DNA of 64,000 nt, from the NCBI GenBank assembly GCA_964558935.1, contig CAZLFP010000003.1, forward strand, positions 39,684 through 103,683, written 5' to 3'. The translations under genes were made by a program, and so were the position numbers. This stretch comes from an uncultured Gammaproteobacteria bacterium (GTDB lineage: Bacteria; Patescibacteriota; Patescibacteriia; 2-01-FULL-39-33). Positions within the stretch are counted from its first letter, which is position 1; the number at the start of each line of letters is the position of its first letter. The notes under the pieces were generated by a model. The model was not told where the DNA came from, did not search any database, and was given only the letters and a program-made list of their open reading frames with translations. Positions 50,239 through 60,694 of the stretch are shown one piece after another.

Positions 50239-51840
50239 ATGAGGAAAATTAATTCACCCTTAATCATCTTAAGTCTGGTGGGTGTTGTCATGCTGGTGGT
50301 CTATTCATCCCTGTATCTTAGTTTAAGACCAGCCATGTTTAACAATGATATGTGGATTTTTAACACACCGGATGAAACGGCCAACTATTACTTTATTCAG
50401 CAAGCCACTTTAACCAGTCAGTTTCAAGCGTACGAGCCATTGAATGAATTGTCTGGTGATTTAAACTTGGTTCATCCCAGAAGTACCACAGTGGTGGATA
50501 ATTATCTGATGCCCGGCAGTTTATTGGGTTTTTTACTGATCATGAGATTATTTGCCCGCATTTTTTCATTGGGAGTTGTCCCGGTGGTTATTCCAATTTT
50601 ATCTGTCATAACTGTAATCTATTATTACAAATTGATCAGATTGGTTTTTACTCAACGGGTTGCATTTTATTCCGCACTCAGTCTGTATGTCTTACCGGCT
50701 TTTTGGTATTACTCTTCACGTTCTTTGTTTAACAATCTGATGTTTATAGATCTGCTGATTATCGGCTTGTATTATTTGATCAGCTATTACACGGTCAGTA
50801 AAAGTTATAAATTGGTTGTCTCAGCTATTCTGCTGGGTTTGGCCTTAACTGTTCGGACCACTGATTTGATCTGGGTGGTGGCTATGGTTTTTTTAATTAT
50901 AATTTTCAATTACCATCAGTTCAAACCATCTCAATTCATTGCTTTGGTTTTGTTCGGAGCCTTAGCTTTTGTGCCGGTCTTGGCTTACCAACAACATTTG
51001 TACGGGAACCCTTTGACCACCGGCTATACACCGCAGTTGGCGGAGCAAACCGCACACAGCCTTAATTATTATCTAGCCCTGGCCCAAAAGCTGTTTTTAC
51101 CTTTTGGTTTAAATCTCAAAAATATTGGTCTCAATGTGTATCATTATGGACTGAAGATGTTTTGGTGGTACTTAATACCGGCGATTATGGGAGCTTGTAT
51201 TTTACTGGTCAAGTGGTTCAGAGGCAAGTTGCCTGCCAAACAACGGGCGTACTGCATTCTCAGTCTGGTCGTCTGCAGTCTAATTCTGCTCTCGTACGGT
51301 AGCTGGTGGTTCTACAATAATCTCATGGCTAAAGCCTTGATCGGCTCTTCACAAGTCAGATATTTTCTGCCCATCTATATTTTGTCCCTACCGTTTATGG
51401 TGAGTGCTTTAATTTCTGCAGTCAAACAATTTAAGTTTCAGACAGTCAAGTATGTTGTCAGCATAATGTTAATTGCCGGCGTTGTATATCTGTCTGTAAA
51501 CAGCGTGTTATTTCAAGGTGAAGAAAGCTTAACAGCCATCGCCGGTACGATCAGTGAGTACCATGGTATTAACAAGCAGGTTAGGCAGTTGACTGAGCAT
51601 GATGCTGTTATTGTCAGCAGTTACAACGACAAAGTTTTTTTTCCGAAACGTAAAGTTATTGTCTATTGGAGACAACTGGAGTATTTGGCTAATATCAGTC
51701 AGTTATCTGATTACGTTTCCATTTATCTCTACAGCATTAATCCTGAAGACGTGGAATATGTCTCAGCTAATTCAGATCTGTATCTGGATGTGATCAAACA
51801 GATTAACCAGACAGAAACTTTATACCAATTTAAAAAATAA
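50239..51840 (+). CDS. Multi-TM GT-C-type glycosyltransferase (ArnT/PMT-like)
   Basis: PDE acidic motif in the first external loop, about 11-12 TMs and RYFLP. Confidence 0.65.
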   Translation: MRKINSPLIILSLVGVVMLVVYSSLYLSLRPAMFNNDMWIFNTPDETANYYFIQQATLTSQFQAYEPLNELSGDLNLVHPRSTTVVDNYLMPGSLLGFLLIMRLFARIFSLGVVPVVIPILSVITVIYYYKLIRLVFTQRVAFYSALSLYVLPAFWYYSSRSLFNNLMFIDLLIIGLYYLISYYTVSKSYKLVVSAILLGLALTVRTTDLIWVVAMVFLIIIFNYHQFKPSQFIALVLFGALAFVPVLAYQQHLYGNPLTTGYTPQLAEQTAHSLNYYLALAQKLFLPFGLNLKNIGLNVYHYGLKMFWWYLIPAIMGACILLVKWFRGKLPAKQRAYCILSLVVCSLILLSYGSWWFYNNLMAKALIGSSQVRYFLPIYILSLPFMVSALISAVKQFKFQTVKYVVSIMLIAGVVYLSVNSVLFQGEESLTAIAGTISEYHGINKQVRQLTEHDAVIVSSYNDKVFFPKRKVIVYWRQLEYLANISQLSDYVSIYLYSINPEDVEYVSANSDLYLDVIKQINQTETLYQFKK

Positions 51841-51849
51841 TTATTAGAT

Positions 51850-52263
51850 ATGGACTGTCTTTTTTGTCGAATTATCGCCGGTGACATACCGGCGTATAAG
51901 GTGTACGAGGATGAGCAGGTACTGGCTTTTTTAGATATCAATCCTGTCAATCCCGGACACACCCTGGTTATTCCCAAAACGCATTTTGCCAATTTTGCGG
52001 ATACACCGGTAGACGTTATATGCCAACTGATGGCAGTAATAAAAAAAATAACGCCGGCTATTTTAAACGGCGTGGGAGCTTCTGCTTTCAATCTTGGTTT
52101 AAACAACGGTCAGGTTGCCGGACAGGTCATAGAGCATGTCCATTTCCATATCACACCCAGATTTCCCCAAGATGGACATCAGCTTTTCAAAGGCCAAACT
52201 TACGCACAAGGGGAAGCAGAGCGAGTTTTAGAGCAGATTAAGCAGAACTTATCTGATGTTTAA
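51850..52263 (+). CDS. HIT-family nucleotide hydrolase
   Basis: CLFC, GHTLVIPK and HVHFH. Confidence 0.95.
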   Translation: MDCLFCRIIAGDIPAYKVYEDEQVLAFLDINPVNPGHTLVIPKTHFANFADTPVDVICQLMAVIKKITPAILNGVGASAFNLGLNNGQVAGQVIEHVHFHITPRFPQDGHQLFKGQTYAQGEAERVLEQIKQNLSDV

Positions 52264-53571
52264 TTGAATAATTTCTGGCTGGTTGGTTATTTCCGCCTGC
52301 AGATAAAGATCAGTACCCTTGTGGTTAATTTCCAGTTTATCTAACTGGTTAAAATGTACCAATTCAACCATATTTCTCAGCTCACGATTATCCAATTCAA
52401 TCACTTTCAGCGTGTTGTCGCAGGCGAAGATAATATGTCTGCCTTCAGGATGCCAGATTGCTTGCTGGATTTGACTGCCGAGTCTGGTAATTAATTCCGG
52501 CTCATTTTTATTGAGATCGAAGATCCACAATTCCCAATCTGTATAATATAACAAGGTATTGTTATCCAGCCAGTCCAGAGCCTTGGCCTTGGCTTGTACT
52601 GGCTTAACCGTATTGTCCGGATCAATGACCAGCAAATCTTGACTCTTTGGATCATGCAGTATGAGTTTGTCCAGATCTTTGTTGATAAACGAATAGCGTT
52701 GGCAATTCGAATCATAGATAGTGCGTGTTTCGTTTAAGTTGGACAGACTACTTTCAACCAAAGTTTGTTCTTGGCAGGTGTAGAGTTTGTTTTGTTTGAT
52801 TAAGAAATTATGCTCAATTAACGGTCCAATTAAACTGGTGGTATCTTGAAATAAATCTATCTGCCACAACCCTTGTTGGTTTAGAGCATACACAAGACTG
52901 TCATTGCTGGTGTCCCATTTAACCTTGGTGTATTTATTATCCGGAATTTTCATTAGTTTGGGACGAGGTTGTTGTTCAATATTGATAACATAATAATTAG
53001 TAACCGTTTCATCCTGAGCGGCTAATAAGATTTTTTTACTGGTGTTGGACCAGCCTAAAATTTTAACTTCCAAGTAGCGGCTCAAATCTGCCAGATTGGA
53101 GAGTTGGTTGAAATTAAACTCGACCATAATGACCTGGTTATTCTGGTCTATGGTCACAATTTTTTGCTGGTCTGGAGCCGCCAGCCAGTCTTGACTGACA
53201 TGTTGAGTTAAAGTAATGGGTCCGGTTTGCTTCCACAGTATGATGTCTTCCGCAAAGGTGGTCGTATTCTCGTAAACCCGCAATTTTTTTTGCCATGAAT
53301 GGTAACCTTCTTTGGTAACCTTAATTTCGTAATCTGCCGGTAGCAGCTGTTCAATTCTAGTCGGGGTAGGATCACCGGCGACTAATTGATTGTTTAAATA
53401 GACGTCAGCCCTTTTGGGCAGGGAGCTGACAATTAGAATACCTGTTTTTTGGATAGTACCTCTTTTAATGTTCAGCCTGTAGCCTTGGGTGTAGAGAATG
53501 ACACTAGGTGCTGTCACCAGGAAGATTATTAGGAAAAAGAGATAAACTAAGCGTCTGTAGATTAATTTCAT
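52249..53571 (-). CDS. PEGA-domain membrane-anchored protein with a probable beta-propeller
   Basis: N-terminal TM, PEGA pattern SLPKRADVYLN..K.GY..W, and repeated W-x-(P/D) propeller blades. Confidence 0.78.
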   Translation of the reverse strand: MKLIYRRLVYLFFLIIFLVTAPSVILYTQGYRLNIKRGTIQKTGILIVSSLPKRADVYLNNQLVAGDPTPTRIEQLLPADYEIKVTKEGYHSWQKKLRVYENTTTFAEDIILWKQTGPITLTQHVSQDWLAAPDQQKIVTIDQNNQVIMVEFNFNQLSNLADLSRYLEVKILGWSNTSKKILLAAQDETVTNYYVINIEQQPRPKLMKIPDNKYTKVKWDTSNDSLVYALNQQGLWQIDLFQDTTSLIGPLIEHNFLIKQNKLYTCQEQTLVESSLSNLNETRTIYDSNCQRYSFINKDLDKLILHDPKSQDLLVIDPDNTVKPVQAKAKALDWLDNNTLLYYTDWELWIFDLNKNEPELITRLGSQIQQAIWHPEGRHIIFACDNTLKVIELDNRELRNMVELVHFNQLDKLEINHKGTDLYLQAEITNQPEIIQLNIR

Positions 53572-53894
53572 ATTGGCTGACCGCTAATTAAATGAAAATG
53601 GAGATGAGGCGAGTCTTGGAATTTACCCAGATTGGTGACCAGACGGATGCCCTGTGTTTTGCCCAGCTTCCTAGATAGGTTTCTGGCTACAACCAGAATT
53701 TCTTGCATCAGACTCAGATCCTGATCTTCAAAGGCTGCAAAATCATCGATATGTTGTTTGGGGAGAATGACAATATGAGTAGCATACTTCGGTTTTGTGT
53801 GGTAGAAAGCCAGAACCCGATCTGATTCATACAAGATATCAACCGGCAAGTGACCGTTTAAGATTTCTTGGCAGTAGATATCATATTTGGGCAT
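53568..53894 (-). CDS. Second HIT-family protein
   Basis: HIVILPK.H and HLHFH; start ATG 53894. Confidence 0.9.
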   Translation of the reverse strand: MPKYDIYCQEILNGHLPVDILYESDRVLAFYHTKPKYATHIVILPKQHIDDFAAFEDQDLSLMQEILVVARNLSRKLGKTQGIRLVTNLGKFQDSPHLHFHLISGQPI

Positions 53895-53895
53895 A

Positions 53896-55146
53896 TTAGT
53901 CTTGTTTCTGAATTTTAGCTCCAATGCTTTGCAATCTCTCTACAATATTCTGGTAACCTCGTTCAATTTGGTAAATATTTTCAATTTCTGTCGTACCTTC
54001 AGCCACTAAGCCGGCTAAAACCAAAGCCATACCAGCTCTTAAGTCCGGACTTTCCAATTTACGACCAATCAAAGGTGTTGGACCGCTCACAATCACTCTG
54101 TGAGGATCACACATAATTATCTTGGCACCCATGGCGACCAACTTGTCTGTGTAGAATAATCTGCCCTCATAAATCATTTCATGGATCAGGGTTTGTCCGT
54201 GAGCTTGAGTCATTAGAACGGTATAGGGGGCTTGTAAATCAGTTGGGAAGCCGGGATATTCATGAGTTCGCAGTTCGGTTGCTCTGAATCGGCTTTTTTT
54301 GGTCAGAATATAATCCGGACCGATTTCCAAATTGGCTCCGGCTCTTTGCAAAGTATGCAGTACGGTTTCCAAATGTTGAGGCTGACACTGACTCACTTTG
54401 ATCTGACTGCCAGTAATTAAACCGGCCATCACCAGTGAACCAGCTTCAATTCTGTCCGGTATTAAATTGTATGTACCGCCTGTTAACCGGTTAACACCTT
54501 GGATGCGAATGGTTGGACTGCCGGCTCCGGTTATTTTTGCTCCACAGTTGTTGAGATAATCGGCTAAAGACGGTATTTCCGGTTCCATGGCTGCATTCAC
54601 AAGTGTGGTAGTCCCTTCTGCCAAGCAGGCTGTCATCATCAGAGCTTCAGTGGCTGTTACAGAAATCCACGGTAAAACAATTTTAATACCTCGCAATTTT
54701 TTACATTTTAAAGTGAAAAAATCATCATGGTCGTACACCTCAGCTCCCATCTGTTTGAAATTGTCCAAAAACAAATCGATGGGTCTTTGGCCAATGACAC
54801 AGCCTCCAGGATGAGACATGGTAACTTCTCCAAATCTGGCTAACAGGGGACCAACCAGCATAATGGAAGATCTGAGTTTTTTGACCAAATCCGGATCCGG
54901 ATTAGCCTTCTTAAGGTTTTGACTCTTAACAGTCAAGCTGGATTCTTGCCAGCTTACTTCAACTCCCATTTTTTCTAAGATTTCCACCAGTCTTTTAATA
55001 TCCTCAATCTGAGGAACATTCTGGATCTGACAATCTTCTTGAGACAACAAAGCTGCCGCTAAGATTTTTAAAGCAGCATTTTTGGCTCCGGCGACAGCAA
55101 TTTCTCCGGCTAAGGGAAAACCACCTTGTATTACGTATTTAGCCAT
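53896..55146 (-). CDS. murA: UDP-N-acetylglucosamine enolpyruvyl transferase
   Basis: GAKNAA, PGGCVIGQRPID, PDRIEAG, PGFPTDLQA and DLRAG. Confidence 0.97.
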   Translation of the reverse strand: MAKYVIQGGFPLAGEIAVAGAKNAALKILAAALLSQEDCQIQNVPQIEDIKRLVEILEKMGVEVSWQESSLTVKSQNLKKANPDPDLVKKLRSSIMLVGPLLARFGEVTMSHPGGCVIGQRPIDLFLDNFKQMGAEVYDHDDFFTLKCKKLRGIKIVLPWISVTATEALMMTACLAEGTTTLVNAAMEPEIPSLADYLNNCGAKITGAGSPTIRIQGVNRLTGGTYNLIPDRIEAGSLVMAGLITGSQIKVSQCQPQHLETVLHTLQRAGANLEIGPDYILTKKSRFRATELRTHEYPGFPTDLQAPYTVLMTQAHGQTLIHEMIYEGRLFYTDKLVAMGAKIIMCDPHRVIVSGPTPLIGRKLESPDLRAGMALVLAGLVAEGTTEIENIYQIERGYQNIVERLQSIGAKIQKQD

Positions 55147-55290
55147 ATATATGAGCTATTATGACACAGATTACGAGATTTTAATAGTTGACATAATACT
55201 AATAATATACTCAAATTAATTTCCTTTGAATTCAATATTATGCTAAAATAATAGCATCATTTTACCCTTAAGTTGTTAACTAAAGTTTAA

Positions 55291-56577
55291 ATGCCAGATC
55301 AAGAGAAGATACCCGTACCCACCTCTCATCACCAGCCAACCCAGAGGACTGTCAATCTTAAAGTCTATCTGCTGTCATTGGTGATCGTCTTTGGTATAGG
55401 TGGTTATCTGGGCTATATATACACGCCCAAGCCCAATTACACCATTAAAGGAGCCAGTCCGGAACAAGCTGCGGAATATGGCAACGTAGTCAACGAAGAC
55501 GAAGCGATTCCAGAGTATTTAACCCAAGACGTAGATTTTAATCTTTTTTGGGATGTTTGGGATTTAATTAATTCCAAGTATTATGACAAAAATGTGCCTC
55601 AGACCCAGTTGTTTTACGGAGCTTTGGCTGGTTTGGTCAATTCCTTGGGTGATCCCCACACCGTTTTTATGACCGCTCAGGATTCAGATAGTTTTGAAGA
55701 GGAGTTACAGGGCCATTTTGAAGGCATTGGAGCTGAAATTGGGATTAGAAATGAGCAGTTGAGTGTTATTTCACCCCTGCCGGATCATCCGGCCATTAAA
55801 GCCGGTTTAAGAGCCAAAGATTTAATTTTGCAAATAGACGGTGAAGACACTCAGGGAATGTCTCTGCACGAGGCTGTTTCAAAAATTAGAGGGCCCAAAG
55901 GAACTGAGGTAGTTTTAACCATTTATCGCCAAGGTTTAACTCAGCCTCAAGATTATGCCATTACCAGGCAGGAGATTAATGTTAAAAGCTTAACCTTGGA
56001 ATACCAAGATAAGGTTGGAGTGATTAAAATCAGGCAATTCAATGGAGACACCGTACCGCTTTTAAATGATGCCATCTTGGATGTTACCAGTCGTTCAGAC
56101 GTTAAAGGTTTAATTGTGGATTTAAGGAACAATCCCGGTGGTTATCTGCAAGCGGCCATTGAAGTGGCCGGGGAATGGATAGATGGTCAAACCGTTGTGG
56201 TAGAGAAAGATCGTGTCGGTAATGAATTAAAACATCGCTCGAATCGTCCAGCCAGATTAGATAACTATCCAACCATTGTTTTAATCAACGCCGGCAGTGC
56301 CTCTGGTTCAGAGATTTTAGCCGGTGCTTTGCAGGATTACGGACAGTGCCAAGTTGTAGGAGAAACTTCATATGGCAAAGGTTCAGTTCAAGAGTTGATT
56401 TATCTGGACAATGATGCTTCTGTTAAGCTGACAGTGGCCAAATGGTTTACACCCAACGGTCGCAGTATTGAGGGCAATGGCATTCAACCGGATTTTGTAA
56501 TAGAAATGTCAGAAGAGGATTACAACCAATTCCAGGATCCGCAAATGGTAAAAGCTTTGGAATTACTGAGCCAATGA
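55291..56577 (+). CDS. ctpA: S41 carboxyl-terminal processing protease
   Basis: LGDPHT, PDZ GIGAEI, DLRNNPGG, SASGSE and GKGSVQ. Confidence 0.93.
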   Translation: MPDQEKIPVPTSHHQPTQRTVNLKVYLLSLVIVFGIGGYLGYIYTPKPNYTIKGASPEQAAEYGNVVNEDEAIPEYLTQDVDFNLFWDVWDLINSKYYDKNVPQTQLFYGALAGLVNSLGDPHTVFMTAQDSDSFEEELQGHFEGIGAEIGIRNEQLSVISPLPDHPAIKAGLRAKDLILQIDGEDTQGMSLHEAVSKIRGPKGTEVVLTIYRQGLTQPQDYAITRQEINVKSLTLEYQDKVGVIKIRQFNGDTVPLLNDAILDVTSRSDVKGLIVDLRNNPGGYLQAAIEVAGEWIDGQTVVVEKDRVGNELKHRSNRPARLDNYPTIVLINAGSASGSEILAGALQDYGQCQVVGETSYGKGSVQELIYLDNDASVKLTVAKWFTPNGRSIEGNGIQPDFVIEMSEEDYNQFQDPQMVKALELLSQ

Positions 56578-56846
56578 CAGCTGTAAGGTTAAAGATTACC
56601 GGAGCCGTTCAAGGAGTTGGTTGTCGCTATGCCTTTCAAAGGCTAGCTCAAACTCTCAAACTGGTGGGTTGGGTAAAAAATGAACCGGATGGTAGTGTGA
56701 GTGCGTGGATTCAGGGTCCAGACCAAGCTGTTCAAGAATTAATTGCTGTCTGCCGAGCAGGATTTGGCCGAATACGGGTGGAGCAAGTAGCTGTTACCCA
56801 AATGACTCTTGACAAAAAACTTGCAGATTTTAAAATAATCTTTTAA
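56574..56846 (+). CDS. acyP: Acylphosphatase
   Basis: GAVQGVGCR and GWVKNEPDGSV. Confidence 0.92.
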   Translation: MTAVRLKITGAVQGVGCRYAFQRLAQTLKLVGWVKNEPDGSVSAWIQGPDQAVQELIAVCRAGFGRIRVEQVAVTQMTLDKKLADFKIIF

Positions 56847-56887
56847 AATGATACATAAATTAAATAATGGGAGGGAATTAATCGGTT

Positions 56888-57328
56888 ATGCAGGTAATTT
56901 TACTCAAAAATATTCCCAGTTTAGGCAACCGAGGTGATATTAAAGACGTCACCCCTGGTTATGCGCGCAATTATTTAATACCACAGGGTTGGGCTGAGGT
57001 GGTGACTGAAGCCAGAGTGGCTGCATTAGCCAAAACCAATCAGCAGCAAGCCAAGCGAGCTGTTAAAGATTTGGTCGCCACAGAACAGTTGGCTGACAAA
57101 TTAAATGGCCGGTTGATTGAAATATCTGCAAAAGCCAATGAAGACGGCAAGTTGTATGCTGCCGTATCGCCGGCTGCCATTGTAAAAATTTTGAAGAACC
57201 AGGGTTTTAACATACACAAGACACAAATTGTGTTGCCGGCACCCATTAAGGAGTTGGGAGAAGTGCCAGTTACCATTAGCTTAGATCATGGCTTAGAAGC
57301 TGAAATAACTTTAAACGTACATGATTAA
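56888..57328 (+). CDS. rplI: 50S ribosomal protein L9
   Basis: MQVILL..LG..GD..V.PGYARNYLIP and GKLY.AV. Confidence 0.96.
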   Translation: MQVILLKNIPSLGNRGDIKDVTPGYARNYLIPQGWAEVVTEARVAALAKTNQQQAKRAVKDLVATEQLADKLNGRLIEISAKANEDGKLYAAVSPAAIVKILKNQGFNIHKTQIVLPAPIKELGEVPVTISLDHGLEAEITLNVHD

Positions 57329-57357
57329 CCAGATTTACGTTTCAGTTTAGACAGACC

Positions 57358-57381
57358 AAGGGGAGTTTGCCCCCTTTTTTT
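57358..57381 (+). terminator. Terminator after rplI
   Basis: aagggg..cccctt hairpin followed by a T run. Confidence 0.65.
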
Positions 57382-57385
57382 ATTT

Positions 57386-57976
57386 ATGCAAAAAATAGTT
57401 ATCACCGGCGGACCATGCGCCGGCAAAACCAGTATTACTCAAGCTTTAGCTCAGCAGATGCCGGACCAACTGTTGAGTGTACCTGAAGCAGCTACCATTA
57501 TCTTGTCTGGCGGTTTTTCTCCTCAATTGGGTTTTGAAGCTGTTTTACGAGATAATTGGCAGATTAAGTTCCAAAAAGCCGTTGTTGCTTTGCAAAAACA
57601 GTTGGAAGACTTTTATTTGGATTGGGCTCATGCCAAAGGTTGTGATTTAATTCTGTGTGACAGTGGAAGTTTAACCGGTGCTGCCTATTTCCCGGGTACT
57701 TTCGAAGAGTTTTGTCAGCACGTTCAACTGGATCCAAGAGATGAATTAAACAATTACACCGCCATTATCCACTTGGAAAGTTTGGCGGTCAGCCAGCCGG
57801 ATAAATACGGCCAAATCAACAATCTAGCCAGATTTTATGATGTGGCGGGGGCTAAACAGGCAGATGCAATTTTAAAGCAGGTTTGGTCTCAGCATACGAA
57901 TTACTCTTATATTCCATCTCAATTGAGTTTGGCTGACAAGATTAAACAGGTTGTAAATATTTTAAATAATAATTAA
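57386..57976 (+). CDS. P-loop NTPase/kinase of the NadR-like AAA_28 type
   Basis: KIVITGGPCAGKTS, VPEAAT and W..H near the C-terminus. Confidence 0.75.
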   Translation: MQKIVITGGPCAGKTSITQALAQQMPDQLLSVPEAATIILSGGFSPQLGFEAVLRDNWQIKFQKAVVALQKQLEDFYLDWAHAKGCDLILCDSGSLTGAAYFPGTFEEFCQHVQLDPRDELNNYTAIIHLESLAVSQPDKYGQINNLARFYDVAGAKQADAILKQVWSQHTNYSYIPSQLSLADKIKQVVNILNNN

Positions 57977-57988
57977 CGGGAAGGTGCT

Positions 57989-59620
57989 ATGAACAAAAAT
58001 AAATTTATCTTTGTAATTGGAGGAGTGATGTCCGGTGTTGGTAAGGGGATTGCCAGCGCTTCCATCGGTAAAATCCTGCAAAGCAAAGGGTATGCCGTCA
58101 CAGCCATTAAGATCGATCCATATCTAAATGTGGATGCCGGCACTATGAATCCAGTCGAACACGGTGAAGTTTTTGTCACCAAAGACGGTGATGAAACCGA
58201 CCAAGACATTGGTAATTATGAACGCTTTTTAGACCAAGATATTCTGCGGGATAATTACATGACCAGCGGGCGTGTGTATTGGACAGTCTTGGAAAAGGAA
58301 AGAAATTTGGAGTATGGCGGTAAATGTGTGGAAGCAGTACCGCATATACCTTACGAGATTATACGTAGAATCAGACGAGCGGCCAGCAAAGCCAAAGCAG
58401 AGATTACCATTGTGGAAATTGGCGGAACGGTTGGGGAATACCAGAATATACTGTTTTTTGAAGCGGCCCGTATGATGCATTTGGAAAAGCCAAATGATGT
58501 TCAATTCGTATTGGTGTCGTATTTGCCCATTCCATCCAAGATTGGTGAAATGAAGACCAAGCCGACTCAGAACGCGGCTAAAACCCTTAATTCATTTGGC
58601 ATTCAACCGGATTTTGTACTCTGTCGGGCGGAACAGTCGGTAGACGCTCCCAGGAAAGAAAAAATTGCCTTATTCTGCAATGTCACCAAAGAGGCCATTA
58701 TCTCAGCTCCGGATGTGGATAATATCTACGAGATACCGCTTAATTTTGAAAAGGACAAGCTGTCTGAGAAGATTTTAAAGGGCTTTAACTTAAAACCCAA
58801 GAAAAAAGATTTGGTAGAGTGGAAAGCTTTTGTCAAAAAAGCTAAGAATGATCATAAACAGGTTAAGGTTGGCATAATTGGCAAATACTTTGCCAGTGGA
58901 GATTTTATACTGCCGGACGCATATATATCTGTCATTGAAAGCATTAAGCATGCGGCTTGGCATAATGATTGCCAACCAAAGATCGATTGGATCAATTCCG
59001 ATGTGTATGAAAAGGATAAGAATAAGTTAGCAGAATTAAAGAAATATGACTGTTTAATTGTACCGGGCGGTTTTGGCAGTCGAGGTATCGATGGCAAAAT
59101 TGCAGCCATTCAATATGCTAGAGAAAAGAAGATTCCTTTCCTGGGTTTATGTTATGGTATGCAATTGGCCTCCATTGAATTTATTCGCCATGTGTGCGGT
59201 AAAACACAGGCCCACACTGAAGAAATAGATCCTAAAACCAAAGATCCGGTCATTCACATCATGCCGGAACAGGCCGAGAAGCTGGCTAAAAAACAATATG
59301 GCAATACCATGCGTCTGGGTGCGTATCCGTGTGTTTTAGCCAAAGATTCCTTTGCCATGGAACTCTATGGAGTGACCAGGATCAGTGAAAGACACAGGCA
59401 TAGATATGAGTTTAACAACAAGTACCGGCCCCTTGTGGAAAAACATGGTTTAGTCATTTCAGGCACTTCACCGGACAAAAAATTGGTTGAGATGATAGAG
59501 TTGCCTAAGGCGATTCATCCATTTTTTGTTGCGGTTCAATTTCATCCGGAACTTCAATCCAGGCCTCTTAGACCGCACCCTTTGTTTATGGGACTGATTA
59601 GAGCCGGGATTGGGAAATAA
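57989..59620 (+). CDS. pyrG: CTP synthase
   Basis: GGVMSGVGKG, KTKPTQ, GLCYGMQ, ERHRHRYE and QFHPE. Confidence 0.98.
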   Translation: MNKNKFIFVIGGVMSGVGKGIASASIGKILQSKGYAVTAIKIDPYLNVDAGTMNPVEHGEVFVTKDGDETDQDIGNYERFLDQDILRDNYMTSGRVYWTVLEKERNLEYGGKCVEAVPHIPYEIIRRIRRAASKAKAEITIVEIGGTVGEYQNILFFEAARMMHLEKPNDVQFVLVSYLPIPSKIGEMKTKPTQNAAKTLNSFGIQPDFVLCRAEQSVDAPRKEKIALFCNVTKEAIISAPDVDNIYEIPLNFEKDKLSEKILKGFNLKPKKKDLVEWKAFVKKAKNDHKQVKVGIIGKYFASGDFILPDAYISVIESIKHAAWHNDCQPKIDWINSDVYEKDKNKLAELKKYDCLIVPGGFGSRGIDGKIAAIQYAREKKIPFLGLCYGMQLASIEFIRHVCGKTQAHTEEIDPKTKDPVIHIMPEQAEKLAKKQYGNTMRLGAYPCVLAKDSFAMELYGVTRISERHRHRYEFNNKYRPLVEKHGLVISGTSPDKKLVEMIELPKAIHPFFVAVQFHPELQSRPLRPHPLFMGLIRAGIGK

Positions 59621-59651
59621 AAAACAACCCCCTATTAACAGGGGGTTGTTT
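59619..59651. terminator. Bidirectional terminator between the convergent pyrG and rpmA
   Basis: aaacaaccccct-attaac-agggggttgttt, preceded by an A run. Confidence 0.85.
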
Positions 59652-59660
59652 GAATAAAGA

Positions 59661-59933
59661 TTATTCAACACTCACAATTTGAACATATTCCAATTTGCCA
59701 TTAAATTTTTTTACTCTTTTCTTGGTATATTTTACAACTCCATCGGCTGTTGAAAATAAAGTGTCATCTTTGCCTTTTCTGACATTGTCTCCTGGTCGGT
59801 ACTTGGTACCTCTTTGTCGAACAATAATTGCGCCTTTTTTGGCTTTTTGACCGCCATACAGCTTGACACCCAGTCTTTGAGCATTGGAATCGCGGCCTAA
59901 CCTGGTACTACCACCAGCTTTCTTATGTGCCAT
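59661..59933 (-). CDS. rpmA: 50S ribosomal protein L27
   Basis: [26 protein letters not shown]. Confidence 0.98.
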   Translation of the reverse strand: MAHKKAGGSTRLGRDSNAQRLGVKLYGGQKAKKGAIIVRQRGTKYRPGDNVRKGKDDTLFSTADGVVKYTKKRVKKFNGKLEYVQIVSVE

Positions 59934-59968
59934 ATGTCATATTTATTAATAATAGCTTGTCAACCATT

Positions 59969-59997
59969 ATTGTAGCCAATATTAGTTAATTTGTCAA
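59969..59997 (-). promoter_or_regulatory. Sigma70 promoter of rpmA
   Basis: Minus strand: TTGACA-17 nt-TACAAT. Confidence 0.7.
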
Positions 59998-60028
59998 GGT
60001 GAAATTCCAATGGTATAATATCCATAAT

Positions 60029-60694
60029 ATGGATAGAATGAAACTCATAACTTTATTAATCATTACCAGCTGCTTGCTGGTTGGTTGTTTTCAGTCCCGG
60101 GAAGAACCTCTTAAGACTGAGTCACCAACCAGTACCGGTCAGTCAGGAACTGAAGATCAGGCTCTGGAATCAGGGAATGACTCTTCTGTTGAGTTAAATC
60201 AGGATGAAATGTCAGCCAACCAGCCAACTGAACCTGCGCCTACCGATGAACCGGTCATTAAAAAGTATTATCCCAAGCAAACCTCGACTCAAACGAAATC
60301 ATCTGGGTCAGAGGAACAAGCTGAGCGCCAATTTACTTTAACCAATGAATTGGCGGCCAAACTCTATTTGGCAGACAAATATGATCCGGGAATCTGCTAT
60401 GGCATGCCGGGCCCCGTACCCCAGCAATCCATTGACAGTGTCTTAAGTCATGATCCCGGATTGACTCTGTACCTCAGAACCAATTACGATCTGCCGACAG
60501 ACCTGGATGTTTACACTAAAATCAAGCAACTAAACGGCATACGGTTGGATGAAATCGCCGGTGGTAAGTATTCTTTTAATTTTACAGATGGCCAGTGCTG
60601 CACGTTGACTGCTTACCAGGGTGAAATATCCATCATTGGACAAAATATTACAGATAACATTTTGCAGCAAGAAACCAAGAATAATCCGTGTTAA
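60029..60694 (+). CDS. Hypothetical lipoprotein
   Basis: Lipobox LLVGC, low-complexity linker and a Cys-containing C-terminal domain; start probably ATG 60029 or 60038. Confidence 0.7.
   Translation: MDRMKLITLLIITSCLLVGCFQSREEPLKTESPTSTGQSGTEDQALESGNDSSVELNQDEMSANQPTEPAPTDEPVIKKYYPKQTSTQTKSSGSEEQAERQFTLTNELAAKLYLADKYDPGICYGMPGPVPQQSIDSVLSHDPGLTLYLRTNYDLPTDLDVYTKIKQLNGIRLDEIAGGKYSFNFTDGQCCTLTAYQGEISIIGQNITDNILQQETKNNPC

Noticed and set aside
51850-53894. Two HIT genes as a special system
   Set aside because: They lie in separate convergent operons, and HIT paralogs are common.
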